Shown: piece after piece, positions 1 to 9,509 of the stretch
Numbering within the stretch: the stretch's first letter is position 1
Layout: every line of letters starts with the position of its first letter
Assembly: GCA_045588995.1 (NCBI GenBank)
Contig: JAZNFF010000044.1
Location: forward strand, 6,174-70,173
From: Acutalibacteraceae bacterium
GTDB taxonomy: Bacteria > Bacillota > Clostridia > Oscillospirales > Acutalibacteraceae
Length of the DNA stretch: 64,000 bases
Direction of reading: 5' to 3'
Notes under the pieces: generated by a model
Told to the model about the DNA's origin: nothing
The model's database searches: none
The model's input: the letters and a program-made list of their open reading frames with translations, nothing else
Position numbers and translations under genes: made by a program

Positions 1-181
1 TCATAGGAGTTTTGGTCTTAACGCTTTTGAGCGGTAAATCTCTTGTGGATTCGTAGCACATAAGCATAGCAATTTCACTTATAAGTTCACGGAATTGCTT
101 AGAGCCCGTTCTCTCATCGCGAAGGATGGAAAGTTTATGCTGAATAAGCGGATGGTCCATAACAAATACATTTTTGTTCAT
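1..181 (-). CDS. upp: uracil phosphoribosyltransferase, N-terminal part (cut by window edge)
   Basis: The reverse complement from the ATG at 179-181 reads [44 protein letters not shown]..., a typical Upp N-terminus. The ORF is open to the window start. Confidence 0.85.
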   Translation of the reverse strand, partial: MNKNVFVMDHPLIQHKLSILRDERTGSKQFRELISEIAMLMCYESTRDLPLKSVKTKTPM

Positions 182-219
182 ATTAAATTCCCCCTGATAT
201 TATACATTTATATTTTTAC

Positions 220-939
220 CTATTGGTTTGCGCTTTGTTTGGCTTTAAGTTCCCGTTCTGCTTGAGGAAGTCGTAAATAAACGGGCAAAAGTTGATTTGA
301 AGAAACAGTATTGCCGCTTGCGAATTCTTCTTCCGCAAGCAATCCGACACCACGGGCGTTCTGAAATTTATTTTGTTCACAAGCGATTTGCGAATTTTTG
401 AAATCTTTTATATACGAATAAAAAAGGTCGCTTCCGTCACCGCATACGATAATACTTTCTTCGCCATACTTTTCCATAAGTTCGCATTTTAGTTCTTCGC
501 ACATAAGTGCTCTATCATCGCAAAGGCGGGTTATTTCACCGTTTTTAATTTTAAATAAAGCGTTATACACCTGATTGCAACGGGCATCCATAACGGCGCA
601 CACTAAAGCATCGGTATTTTTAAAAGGATATGCCATCGCTTCAAGGGTTGAAACGGGAACACAGGGAAGATTTTTGGCAATAGCCAGTCCCTTAACGGCG
701 CTTATTCCTATTCTGATACCGGTAAAGGAACCCGGACCCGCCGCCACCGCATAACCCTCAATATCATCTACAGTTAAAAGGCAGGAAGCAAGAAGATTTT
801 CTATCATTGGCATAAGGGTTTGGGAATGGGTAAGTTTAACATTAATAAAACTACTGCCAAGTATTTTGCCGTTTTCTACAATGGCTACCGATGCGGGACC
901 CGCTGAGCATTCAATTGCGAGTATCTTCAAAAACTTCAC
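220..939 (-). CDS. tsaB: tRNA t6A37 biosynthesis protein TsaB (YeaZ family)
   Basis: 239 aa. N-terminus ILAIECSAGPASVAIV...GPGSFTGIRIGIS is the TsaB/YeaZ signature. It overlaps the upstream tsaE by 29 nt. Confidence 0.9.
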   Translation of the reverse strand: MKFLKILAIECSAGPASVAIVENGKILGSSFINVKLTHSQTLMPMIENLLASCLLTVDDIEGYAVAAGPGSFTGIRIGISAVKGLAIAKNLPCVPVSTLEAMAYPFKNTDALVCAVMDARCNQVYNALFKIKNGEITRLCDDRALMCEELKCELMEKYGEESIIVCGDGSDLFYSYIKDFKNSQIACEQNKFQNARGVGLLAEEEFASGNTVSSNQLLPVYLRLPQAERELKAKQSANQ

Positions 940-1369
940 CCTTTCCGATAATTATCCTTCGTGAGTTTTCTCCCGTTGACACAATATTTATATATATGGT
1001 GTCATCATCAAGGGCGGAACTTATATTTTCGCTCCATTCAATAACGGTAACGCCGCCTTCATCGAGATAATCAAAGTAGCCCGTAGAATAAAGGTCTTCC
1101 CAACCTTCCACTCTATACATATCAAAATGAAAGATATCAAGCCGACCGCCTCTATATTCATTTACAAGGGCAAAGGTAGGGGAGGTGACCTCACCGTTGA
1201 ATCCAAGTCCCTTAGCAAGACCTCTCGTAAAACAGGTTTTGCCCATACCTAAGTTTCCTATAAAGGCAATAACTTCGCCGCCCAGAAGACCTTTCGCAAA
1301 ATCTTCAGCAATTTTCTCGGTGTCTTGCGGACTATTTGAAAAATACTCTTTTTTTACCAAAATACTCAC
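911..1369 (-). CDS. tsaE: tRNA t6A37 biosynthesis ATPase TsaE (YjeE family)
   Basis: 152 aa. Walker A GNLGMGKT and the TSPTFALVNEY motif are typical of TsaE. Confidence 0.9.
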   Translation of the reverse strand: MSILVKKEYFSNSPQDTEKIAEDFAKGLLGGEVIAFIGNLGMGKTCFTRGLAKGLGFNGEVTSPTFALVNEYRGGRLDIFHFDMYRVEGWEDLYSTGYFDYLDEGGVTVIEWSENISSALDDDTIYINIVSTGENSRRIIIGKGEVFEDTRN

Positions 1370-1461
1370 CTTGAATATAATACCACAATAAGATTTTTAT
1401 GTCAATTATGAAGGTTGCCTTAAAAAACGAAAATAAAATTTAAATTTTTTTCAAAAAGTAC

Positions 1462-1490
1462 TTGATTTTTGTGTTATGTGGTATTATAAT
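1462..1490 (+). promoter_or_regulatory. sigma-A type promoter of the dcw operon (TTGATT-17 nt-TATAAT)
   Basis: TTGATT at 1462-1467, a 17-nt spacer, then TATAAT at 1485-1490. It lies about 75 nt upstream of the mraZ start. Confidence 0.6.
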
Positions 1491-1543
1491 ACAGTTATGT
1501 GGTGAAAAGTGTAGCCAAAACCCATAAAAGTGTATTAAAGTGG
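1478..1543 (+). promoter_or_regulatory. candidate MraZ operator: five phased GTG[G/T] direct repeats
   Basis: GTGG/GTGT cores start at 1478, 1499, 1509, 1530 and 1540, giving spacings of 21, 10, 21 and 10 nt. Contexts are TTATGTGGT (x2), AAAGTGT (x2) and AAAGTGG. The array overlaps the promoter spacer and leader. Confidence 0.5.
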
Positions 1544-1564
1544 TGAAAACGGAGGTGACGATTC

Positions 1565-1990
1565 ATGCTTTACGGTGGCTATCAGCATACAATAGATAAA
1601 AAAGGCAGAATCGCCATTCCTGCCAAACTGCGCGATGAACTTGGCGAAAGCTTTATGATTTGCCGAGGAATATACGGCAAACGTTGTATATGTGTTTATT
1701 CACTTTCCGAGTGGGACAAGCTGGTAGAGAAAATCGGCGGTCTTCCTTCGGCAAAATCAAGCGTTGTTAAAAGATTTCTTTATGATGGCGCTTTTAATGT
1801 AGAATTTGATTCGCAGGGAAGGATACTGATTCCAGCCGCTTTAAGAGAATATGCTCTTCTTGAAAATGAGGCGCATATAACGGGTATGGATACCAATCTT
1901 GAAATTTGGAATACTGAACTCTGGAAATCCGAAAACGAGCAATATTCACCCGAATCTATTGCCTCCATTGTTGAGGAGTTGGAATTTTAA
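1565..1990 (+). CDS. mraZ: transcriptional regulator MraZ
   Basis: 141 aa. Reads HTIDKKGRIAIPAKLR and a second SpoVT-AbrB repeat, DSQGRILIPAALR. RBS GGAGGTGA lies upstream. It is the first gene of the dcw cluster. Confidence 0.95.
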   Translation: MLYGGYQHTIDKKGRIAIPAKLRDELGESFMICRGIYGKRCICVYSLSEWDKLVEKIGGLPSAKSSVVKRFLYDGAFNVEFDSQGRILIPAALREYALLENEAHITGMDTNLEIWNTELWKSENEQYSPESIASIVEELEF

Positions 1991-1993
1991 AAT

Positions 1994-2914
1994 ATGGAAT
2001 TCAATCATATATCCGTACTGCTTGCGGAAACTGTTGATTCATTAAAAATAAAATCTGATGGTATTTATGTTGACGGAACGGCAGGTGGAGCGGGCCATTC
2101 TACCGCGATTGCCAAGCGGCTTCAAAGCGGTATGCTTTACGCACTTGACCAAGACCCCGATGCCGTAGCCATAGCAACCGAAAGATTAAAAGGATATCCC
2201 GCAACCGTTATAAATACCAACTTTAAGGATATGGATATTGCCCTTAAAAAATACGGTGTAACGGGAGTTGACGGAATCCTTCTTGATTTGGGTGTTTCTT
2301 CATATCAACTCGATAACGGGGAACGCGGTTTTTCCTATCATAAAGATGCGCCCCTTGATATGAGAATGAGCAAAAGCGGTACTACCGCCGCGGACCTTGT
2401 AAATACAATGTCCCACGGCGAACTTACGAGAATATTCAGAGATTACGGCGAAGAACGTTTTGCCGCTAAAATAGCATCTAATATAGTAAGATGCAGGGAA
2501 CAGTCACCAATACTTACTACTCTGCAACTTGCCGATATAATTGCAAATAGTGTTCCCGCCGCGGCAAGAAGGGATGGACATCCCGCAAGAAAATGCTTCC
2601 AAGCGCTTCGGATTTGCGTAAATTCCGAACTTGAAAGTTTAAGAGAGGTTTTAGATAAGGCCTTTGTTTTGCTTAATAAAGGCGGTGTCTTATCTATAAT
2701 AACCTTCCATTCTCTTGAAGACAGAATGGTTAAACAAAAATTCAAAGAATTTTGTACAGGTTGTACCTGTCCGCCCGATATACCGGTTTGTGTTTGCGGT
2801 AAAACACCTAAAGGTCAACTGCTTACAAGAAAACCGATTATCGCTACGGATGAAGAATTAGAACAAAATCCCCGAAGCAGAAGCGCTAAACTTCGCTCGG
2901 TAATAAAACTTTAA
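1994..2914 (+). CDS. rsmH: 16S rRNA (cytosine1402-N4)-methyltransferase RsmH
   Basis: 306 aa. Reads HISVLLAE...YVDGTAGGAGHS...DLGVSSYQLD, the canonical RsmH/MraW motifs. Confidence 0.95.
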   Translation: MEFNHISVLLAETVDSLKIKSDGIYVDGTAGGAGHSTAIAKRLQSGMLYALDQDPDAVAIATERLKGYPATVINTNFKDMDIALKKYGVTGVDGILLDLGVSSYQLDNGERGFSYHKDAPLDMRMSKSGTTAADLVNTMSHGELTRIFRDYGEERFAAKIASNIVRCREQSPILTTLQLADIIANSVPAAARRDGHPARKCFQALRICVNSELESLREVLDKAFVLLNKGGVLSIITFHSLEDRMVKQKFKEFCTGCTCPPDIPVCVCGKTPKGQLLTRKPIIATDEELEQNPRSRSAKLRSVIKL

Positions 2915-2936
2915 ATTTAAGAAGAGGAGGGCAATT

Positions 2937-3419
2937 ATGAATAATCTTAAGTATTATAACGATAGTTTGGCTTATGATTTTGAGATGTTTATGCCGAAAG
3001 CAAAACCTGAAATTAACGAGAAGCAAAACGATAATATCGTTAAATTGCCTTCTCCTAAAGTAAGAGCCAAAAAGAAAGCGGCAAAAAGAAGAATGTCGGC
3101 AACCGCTTTTGCGGTTATGACTACGGTATTTATTCTCGCGGCACTTTGCGGAAACATTTCACTTCGTATTATGATTAATGAAACCAATGCAAAAATTAAC
3201 GATATGAAGACCGAAATTAATGCACTCGATAGCGAACTTACGAGTTTAGAGGTTGAGTATGAACGCCGCATTTCCTATTCAAATGTGGAACTTGAAGCCG
3301 CAAAACTCGGTATGTCTAAAATGGACAAGGATCAGGTTGTCTATATAAGAGTAAACGATCAGAATTCTGCGGTACTAAAAAACGGTGAGGTAAGTCAAAG
3401 CGACAATGCCAAAAAATAA
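2937..3419 (+). CDS. ftsL: cell division protein FtsL-like (single TM plus coiled coil)
   Basis: 160 aa. It has a basic N-terminus, one TM segment (FAVMTTVFILAALCG) and a coiled coil. Its position between rsmH and the PBP gene matches ftsL. Confidence 0.7.
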   Translation: MNNLKYYNDSLAYDFEMFMPKAKPEINEKQNDNIVKLPSPKVRAKKKAAKRRMSATAFAVMTTVFILAALCGNISLRIMINETNAKINDMKTEINALDSELTSLEVEYERRISYSNVELEAAKLGMSKMDKDQVVYIRVNDQNSAVLKNGEVSQSDNAKK

Positions 3420-3579
3420 AAGGTTTTTCGGTATAAGTAAAAGCAAGAGGTTAATATAATATAGGGTAGTAAATTCGGCATTGAATTTCTGTCCCTTTCC
3501 AGATGATATACGGGAGTTGAGTAAATCTTGACTCTCGTTTTCGAGCATTTAAAATGGGTAAAAAAAGGAGGTTTGAACC

Positions 3580-5832
3580 GTGTCACATAGACCAAATAAG
3601 CAAATGCTTATAAGAATAATGGTAGTAATGGTTTCCATGATTCTTTGCATCACTATAGTTTCCGGTTCAAGTCTCATAAATATAATGATTTTCCGCGGTG
3701 AAGAGTATCAGAATATGGCTTCGGAACAACAACTTTACGATAGTATTGTAACGGCTCCCAGAGGAGATATTTACGATAGAAATATGAATGTCTTGGCTAC
3801 AAGTTCTACCGCTTGGACCGTTTATATTACTCCCAACGGCATAAATAAACTTGATGATGATAAGGCAGAAGAAGTAAGAAAACTTATAGCCGATAATCTT
3901 TCGGAAATATTGGAACTTGAGCGCGACGATGTTTATGAAAAGACCAAGCAAAAGACCTATTATGTTACGGTAAAAAAGAAAATAGAAAAACCCGCCGCAG
4001 ATAAGGTGCGAAAGTTTATCGCTGATAACAGCGATATAAAAATGACACAGTATGTGGGCGTGGATGAAACCACAAAGCGCTATTATCCCAATGATTCACT
4101 CGCATCTACGGTTTTGGGATTTGTCGGTGATGATAATCAAGGCCTTGCGGGTCTTGAAAGTTATTACGATAATTCTCTTACGGGAGTAGCGGGCAGGGTA
4201 GTAGCCGCAAAAAATGCATCTGGTACCGATATGCCTTTCACTTATCAGAAGGTTGAGGAGGCCATAAAAGGTCATTCGCTTGTTACCTCTATAGATTCCT
4301 ATATTCAGTATGTTTGTGAAAAGCATCTTGATAATGCGGTTGAGGCCGAAAAGGTGCAAGAGCGCGGAGCCGTTGTTGTTATGAACGTAAATACGGGCGC
4401 AATTTACGGTATGGCCGTTAGTAATGACTTTAATCCTAATTCACCTTTTACACTTTCAAAGGAAGATCAGGCAACGGTTGACGCCATAGAAGACAAAGAG
4501 AAAAAAGCGGCTAAAAGAACGGAACTTCTTAACCGTCAGTGGCGTAATAAAGCCGTTTCCGATACTTATGAACCTGGTTCTGTTTTTAAGATTTTTACCG
4601 CCTCTGTAGCATTGGAAGAAAATCTTGTTAATATGAATAGTTCCTTTACTTGTAATTACACATATTCGGTTTCAGGTAACATTTATCACTGTCATAAGGC
4701 GGGCGGTCACGGAACTCAACAACTTCGAAATGCCATTGCAAATTCTTGCAACCCCGCATTTATTATGATAGGTCAACTTGTGGGCTCAAATATTTTCAGT
4801 AAGTATTTTGAGGCCTTCGGTTTGACACAGAAAACCGGTATTGATCTTCCGGGTGAAGCCACTTCTAATTATCACAAACAAGAAAAAATGGGTACTACCG
4901 AGCTTGCTTCATCATCCTTCGGTCAGACCTTTAATATTACGCCTATGCAGACCTTGGCTCTTGCCGCCGCATCTGTGAACGGCGGATATCTTGTTAAACC
5001 CCATGTTGTAGAAAAAATTATTGATTCTGAAAATAATGTGGTTGAATCAAAGGATATTTCGTATGAGCGTCAGGTTATTTCCGAAAGTACTTCGGCTACA
5101 ATGAGAGAACTTTTGGAATTTGTTGTAGAAAACGGCGCTAAAAACGGTAGAGTGGCGGGATATCGCGTCGGCGGTAAAACCGGTACTTCCGAAAAAATTG
5201 CAAAAATGCTTGAACTTAATGTAAGAGGCCTCTATATCGGCTCTTATGTTGGTATAGCGCCTATTGATAAGCCCGAAATTGCGGTTTTCGTAATGCTGGA
5301 TGAAACTATGGGTGATAGTTATTACGGAGGCGCTGTAGCGGCCCCTGTGGGCTCAAAAGTTATGGCTGAAATACTTCCGTATCTCGGTTATGAGCCCCAA
5401 TATAGCGAAGAAGAGCTCAAACGCCTTTCTGTTAATGTTCCCGATATAGTAGGAATGGGTGTTGCCGAAGCAAAAGAGAGAATTTCTGCTTCGGGACTTA
5501 ATAGCAGAGTTGTCGGTGTCGGTGAAAAAGTAACCGCTCAAACACCCTCCGCCGCAACTCCTGTTTACAAAAACGGAACGGTAATTCTTTATACAGAAGG
5601 CACCAGTGAAGAAACAACAATAGTGCCCAATTTAGTTGGACTAACCGCCGCAGAGGCCAATATATCGGCCGCATCTGCGGGAATAAATATTGAATTTTCA
5701 GGCAATACTACCTCATCAGGCCTTAAGGCGTATAGCCAAAGCATTGCGGCCGGAGAAGTGGTTAAAAAAGGTACGGTAGTTACCGTAAGTTTCCGTGAGG
5801 AAGCAATAGCGGATATAGCTATAACGCAGTAA
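3580..5832 (+). CDS. class B penicillin-binding protein (transpeptidase) with two C-terminal PASTA domains (SpoVD/PBP2B-like)
   Basis: 750 aa with a GTG start after AAAGGAGG. Active-site motifs SVFK, SCN and KTGT are present. Two PASTA-like repeats sit at the C-terminus. Confidence 0.92.
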   Translation: MSHRPNKQMLIRIMVVMVSMILCITIVSGSSLINIMIFRGEEYQNMASEQQLYDSIVTAPRGDIYDRNMNVLATSSTAWTVYITPNGINKLDDDKAEEVRKLIADNLSEILELERDDVYEKTKQKTYYVTVKKKIEKPAADKVRKFIADNSDIKMTQYVGVDETTKRYYPNDSLASTVLGFVGDDNQGLAGLESYYDNSLTGVAGRVVAAKNASGTDMPFTYQKVEEAIKGHSLVTSIDSYIQYVCEKHLDNAVEAEKVQERGAVVVMNVNTGAIYGMAVSNDFNPNSPFTLSKEDQATVDAIEDKEKKAAKRTELLNRQWRNKAVSDTYEPGSVFKIFTASVALEENLVNMNSSFTCNYTYSVSGNIYHCHKAGGHGTQQLRNAIANSCNPAFIMIGQLVGSNIFSKYFEAFGLTQKTGIDLPGEATSNYHKQEKMGTTELASSSFGQTFNITPMQTLALAAASVNGGYLVKPHVVEKIIDSENNVVESKDISYERQVISESTSATMRELLEFVVENGAKNGRVAGYRVGGKTGTSEKIAKMLELNVRGLYIGSYVGIAPIDKPEIAVFVMLDETMGDSYYGGAVAAPVGSKVMAEILPYLGYEPQYSEEELKRLSVNVPDIVGMGVAEAKERISASGLNSRVVGVGEKVTAQTPSAATPVYKNGTVILYTEGTSEETTIVPNLVGLTAAEANISAASAGINIEFSGNTTSSGLKAYSQSIAAGEVVKKGTVVTVSFREEAIADIAITQ

Positions 5833-5846
5833 AAAAGGAGAAAAAG

Positions 5847-7277
5847 ATGCTTTTTAAAGACATTCTGCCCGAAGTGGAAGGCAAACTCGCACAAGTAAAT
5901 ATTAAGGGCATTACCTGTAATTCAAAAGAGGTAAAAGAGGGTTTTATCTTTGTTTGCATCAAGGGCGCAAAGACCGATGGCCATAAGTTCGCAAAGTCGG
6001 CTTTGGAAAACGGCGCCGCAGTTTTGGTAGCAGAAGAAGATACAGGACTTCCTAATCAGATAATCGTGGAAGATACCCATAAAGCATATGCAAAAATGTG
6101 CGCCGCTTGGTTTGAAAATCCCGCAGATTCTTTAAAACTTATTGGTGTTACGGGTACTAACGGCAAAACATCCGTAACCTATATGATAAAATCAATTCTC
6201 GAAAATGAAGGTCATAAGGTTGGACTTATCGGCACTATTCAAAATATGATAGGCGATAAGACCATCGCTGCAAAAAATACCACCCCCGATGCTTATGAAC
6301 TAAATTCACTCTTTTCGCTTATGAAAAAAGGGGGATGCAGTTATGTGATTATGGAAGTTTCATCTCACGCATTGGACCAAAAAAGAGTTTGCGACCTTCA
6401 GTTTGAAACCGCAATATTCACAAATCTTACTCAGGACCATCTGGATTATCATATAACGATGGAAAACTATCTCGCAGCTAAAAAGCGTCTTTTTACAATG
6501 TGTAAAACCGCGATTATTAATTCTGATGATGAATATGCAGAAGAACTTATTAAAGGACTTTCTTGTAATGTTATCACTTGTTCGGTTTCCGATAATTCCA
6601 CATTCAGCGCAAAGGGAATAAACTATAAACCTGCAAGCGTTGATTACCAACTGGTAAGTGATGAAGGTCTTAATCATATAAGCGTAAATACGGGCGGAAA
6701 ATTCTCGGTTTATAATTCTATGTTTGCCGTGATTTCCGCGCTGACACTTGGAATTTCTATCGATAGTTCTGCCAAAGCGCTTAAAAATCTCAAGGGAGTT
6801 AAAGGTAGGGCAGAGGTAGTGCCAAACGATAGGGACTTCACTGTCATTATTGACTACGCCCATACACCCGACGGCCTTAAAAATATTCTCTCTACCTTCA
6901 GAGATTGTCCCAAAAACCGCTTGATTTCGCTTTTCGGTTGCGGTGGAGACCGCGATAAAACCAAGCGCCCCATTATGGGAAGCGTGGCCGCAAGATACTC
7001 TGACTATGTTATCGTTACAAGCGATAATCCCCGTTCCGAAGAACCTATGGAAATCATAAATGATATTCTTGAAGGCACAAAAGGTTCCAATAAACCAATA
7101 AAAGTTATTGAAAACCGAATTGAAGCCATAAAATTTGCTATTTCAATTGCTGAAAAAGATGATATAATAGTTTTAGCAGGCAAGGGCCACGAAACCTATC
7201 AGATTCTAAAAGATGGTACTATCCATCTTGATGAAAGGGAAGTAGTCAACGAAGCCCTTGCGGAATTAAATAAATAA
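5847..7277 (+). CDS. murE: UDP-N-acetylmuramoyl-L-alanyl-D-glutamate--2,6-diaminopimelate ligase
   Basis: 476 aa. Contains the P-loop GVTGTNGKTS and the DNPR motif (TSDNPRSE) typical of meso-DAP-adding MurE. Confidence 0.93.
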   Translation: MLFKDILPEVEGKLAQVNIKGITCNSKEVKEGFIFVCIKGAKTDGHKFAKSALENGAAVLVAEEDTGLPNQIIVEDTHKAYAKMCAAWFENPADSLKLIGVTGTNGKTSVTYMIKSILENEGHKVGLIGTIQNMIGDKTIAAKNTTPDAYELNSLFSLMKKGGCSYVIMEVSSHALDQKRVCDLQFETAIFTNLTQDHLDYHITMENYLAAKKRLFTMCKTAIINSDDEYAEELIKGLSCNVITCSVSDNSTFSAKGINYKPASVDYQLVSDEGLNHISVNTGGKFSVYNSMFAVISALTLGISIDSSAKALKNLKGVKGRAEVVPNDRDFTVIIDYAHTPDGLKNILSTFRDCPKNRLISLFGCGGDRDKTKRPIMGSVAARYSDYVIVTSDNPRSEEPMEIINDILEGTKGSNKPIKVIENRIEAIKFAISIAEKDDIIVLAGKGHETYQILKDGTIHLDEREVVNEALAELNK

Positions 7278-7290
7278 GGAGTTAAATTTT

Positions 7291-8313
7291 ATGTCCAATT
7301 TTATTTCTGTTATTGCCGCCGTTGCCGCATTTTTGGTAACAGCAGTAAGCGGTGTGTTCGTGATTCCGCTTTTGAAGAAACTTAAATTCGGTCAAACCAT
7401 TTTAGAGGATGGCCCAACTTGGCACGAAGGCAAACAAGGCACCCCCACAATGGGCGGCATAATGATAGTTGCGGGAGTTTCGTTCTCGGTTATCGTATGC
7501 GTTGTTCTTGCAATGATTTTTGATATTGAAATCATTTCTCATGTTAGATTCAAGCGTTATCTTATTATGCTGATTGCAGGGCTTGTGATGTCCTTGTTGA
7601 TGGCTGCCGTTGGCTTTATTGATGATTATATTAAGATAGCAAAAAAGCGTAATTTGGGGCTTACAGCGAAGCAGAAGACATTTTTGCAACTTCTCATAAG
7701 CGCTGCATACCTTGTTGCTGTCTTCTTTGCAGGAATAAAGGATACATACCTTCCGTTTATCGGTTTTGTTAGTATTACAAGCGGCTGGGGCCTAATTTTC
7801 TGGCCTATAGCACTGTTTTTCGTTTACGGATTTGTTAATGCGGTAAATCTTACAGATGGTATCGACGGTTTGGCTTCAAGCGTAACACTCGTCGTTTCTT
7901 GTTTCTTTATGTTGATTTCAGGCGCTTTACAAACCGAGGCATTGAGCGTTCTTTCCTCTGCTTTAGCGGGTGCTTGTGCGGGCTTTATTTTGTGGAATGC
8001 TAAACCTGCAAGGGTATTTATGGGAGATACAGGTTCGCTGTTTTTGGGCGGTATGGTAGTAAGTTTTGCATTTATGACCGAACGTCCTGTATATTTGCTT
8101 TTGGTAGGTATTGTTTACCTTATCGAGGCATTTTCAGTTATAATTCAGGTTGCTTACTTTAAGCGCACAGGTAAGCGAATATTTAAAATGTCGCCCATTC
8201 ATCATCATTTTGAGATGTGCGGTTGGAGCGAACAAAAAATAGTTTATGTATTTTCAGGCGTTACCTTAATCGCGTGTGCTGTTGTTTTTGCCGCGATAAT
8301 GTTTAATGTATAA
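7291..8313 (+). CDS. mraY: phospho-N-acetylmuramoyl-pentapeptide transferase
   Basis: 340 aa polytopic protein with NAVNLTDGIDGLA and MGDTGSLFLGG motifs. Confidence 0.95.
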   Translation: MSNFISVIAAVAAFLVTAVSGVFVIPLLKKLKFGQTILEDGPTWHEGKQGTPTMGGIMIVAGVSFSVIVCVVLAMIFDIEIISHVRFKRYLIMLIAGLVMSLLMAAVGFIDDYIKIAKKRNLGLTAKQKTFLQLLISAAYLVAVFFAGIKDTYLPFIGFVSITSGWGLIFWPIALFFVYGFVNAVNLTDGIDGLASSVTLVVSCFFMLISGALQTEALSVLSSALAGACAGFILWNAKPARVFMGDTGSLFLGGMVVSFAFMTERPVYLLLVGIVYLIEAFSVIIQVAYFKRTGKRIFKMSPIHHHFEMCGWSEQKIVYVFSGVTLIACAVVFAAIMFNV

Positions 8314-8349
8314 TTTAAATTAAAATTCAGAATAAAGGAGAGAGGTTAT

Positions 8350-9492
8350 ATGGCTAAAAAAACGGTCCGTCGTAAGAAAGTCAGTTTTTTTCAAGAAGGC
8401 AAACTTGATATAACCTTTCTTTCTTTTGTTTTAGTGATACTGACCATTGGTCTTGTAATGCTCTTTTCTGCAAGTTACGCCTACTCTTATGAATATTACG
8501 GAAATAGTTATAAATTCATATCAAAGCAATTATTATTCGCAGTAGTCGGCGTAATAATAATGTTCGCTGTATCAAGAATTAACTATCACCACTTAAGAAA
8601 ACTAAGTTGGCTGATTTTTGCGATTTCTATTGGACTTTTGATATTCTTGCTCATAGTACCGCCAATGGTAAGCGGTATGGATGTTAAAAGATGGTTTGTT
8701 GTAGGCCCGATTAACTTTCAACCATCTGAAATCGCTAAATTTGCCATAATACTTCTCTTTTCATCTCTTATTTCGGCTAACCACGAAATGATGAAAAATA
8801 TGAAATTTATGCTGTTTTTAATAGGTCTTTTAGGTATTACCTGCGCTTTGGTAATCGCAGAGCCGCATCTTTCTGCAACGCTTCTTATCCTACTTATCGG
8901 TCTTGTTTTGATGATTGTTGGCGGTATACCTAAAAAATGGATTATTTTAGGCGGTGTCGGAACGGTAGGTTTGGGCGCGGCTGCCATATTTAGCGGTCTT
9001 ATCAGTTACGGTTCCGACCGTGTTAAATACTGGTTGGATCCTTGGCTTGATCCATCAGGCAAAGGGTACCAGACAATTCAGTCACTTCTCGCCATTGGTT
9101 CCGGTGGAATATTGGGTAGGGGAATCGGCTTATCAAGACAAAAATATCTATGGGTTCCCGAACCCCATAACGACTTTATTTTTGCAATAGTTTGTGAAGA
9201 ATTGGGACTTGTGGGCGCCCTTGTAATTATTATTCTCTTCGCTTTACTGATGTGGCGCGGATTTACAATTGCAATGAGAGCCCCCGATAAATTCGGATCT
9301 TTGCTCACCGTGGGACTTACATTTCAAGTAGGACTCCAAGCAATGCTTAATATCTTCGTTGTGACCAATACTATGCCCAATACGGGTATCAGTCTTCCAT
9401 TCTTCAGTTACGGCGGAAGTTCCCTTGTGATTCTATTGGCAGAAATGGGAATAATTCTTTCGGTTTCCCGCGCTGCCAGTTTGCAAAAATAA
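8350..9492 (+). CDS. ftsW: SEDS-family peptidoglycan glycosyltransferase FtsW/SpoVE
   Basis: 380 aa, about 10 TM segments. Reads QPSEIAKF and PNTGISLPFFSYGGSS, the SEDS signatures. Confidence 0.92.
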   Translation: MAKKTVRRKKVSFFQEGKLDITFLSFVLVILTIGLVMLFSASYAYSYEYYGNSYKFISKQLLFAVVGVIIMFAVSRINYHHLRKLSWLIFAISIGLLIFLLIVPPMVSGMDVKRWFVVGPINFQPSEIAKFAIILLFSSLISANHEMMKNMKFMLFLIGLLGITCALVIAEPHLSATLLILLIGLVLMIVGGIPKKWIILGGVGTVGLGAAAIFSGLISYGSDRVKYWLDPWLDPSGKGYQTIQSLLAIGSGGILGRGIGLSRQKYLWVPEPHNDFIFAIVCEELGLVGALVIIILFALLMWRGFTIAMRAPDKFGSLLTVGLTFQVGLQAMLNIFVVTNTMPNTGISLPFFSYGGSSLVILLAEMGIILSVSRAASLQK

Positions 9493-9509
9493 TATTTGGG
9501 AGATAATAT

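Noticed and set aside
6360-6863. 167-aa antisense ORF inside murE, and similar antisense ORFs at 37685-38170, 40279-40845 and 48384-48869
   Set aside because: All are embedded opposite motif-supported genes. None has an RBS or a recognisable domain.
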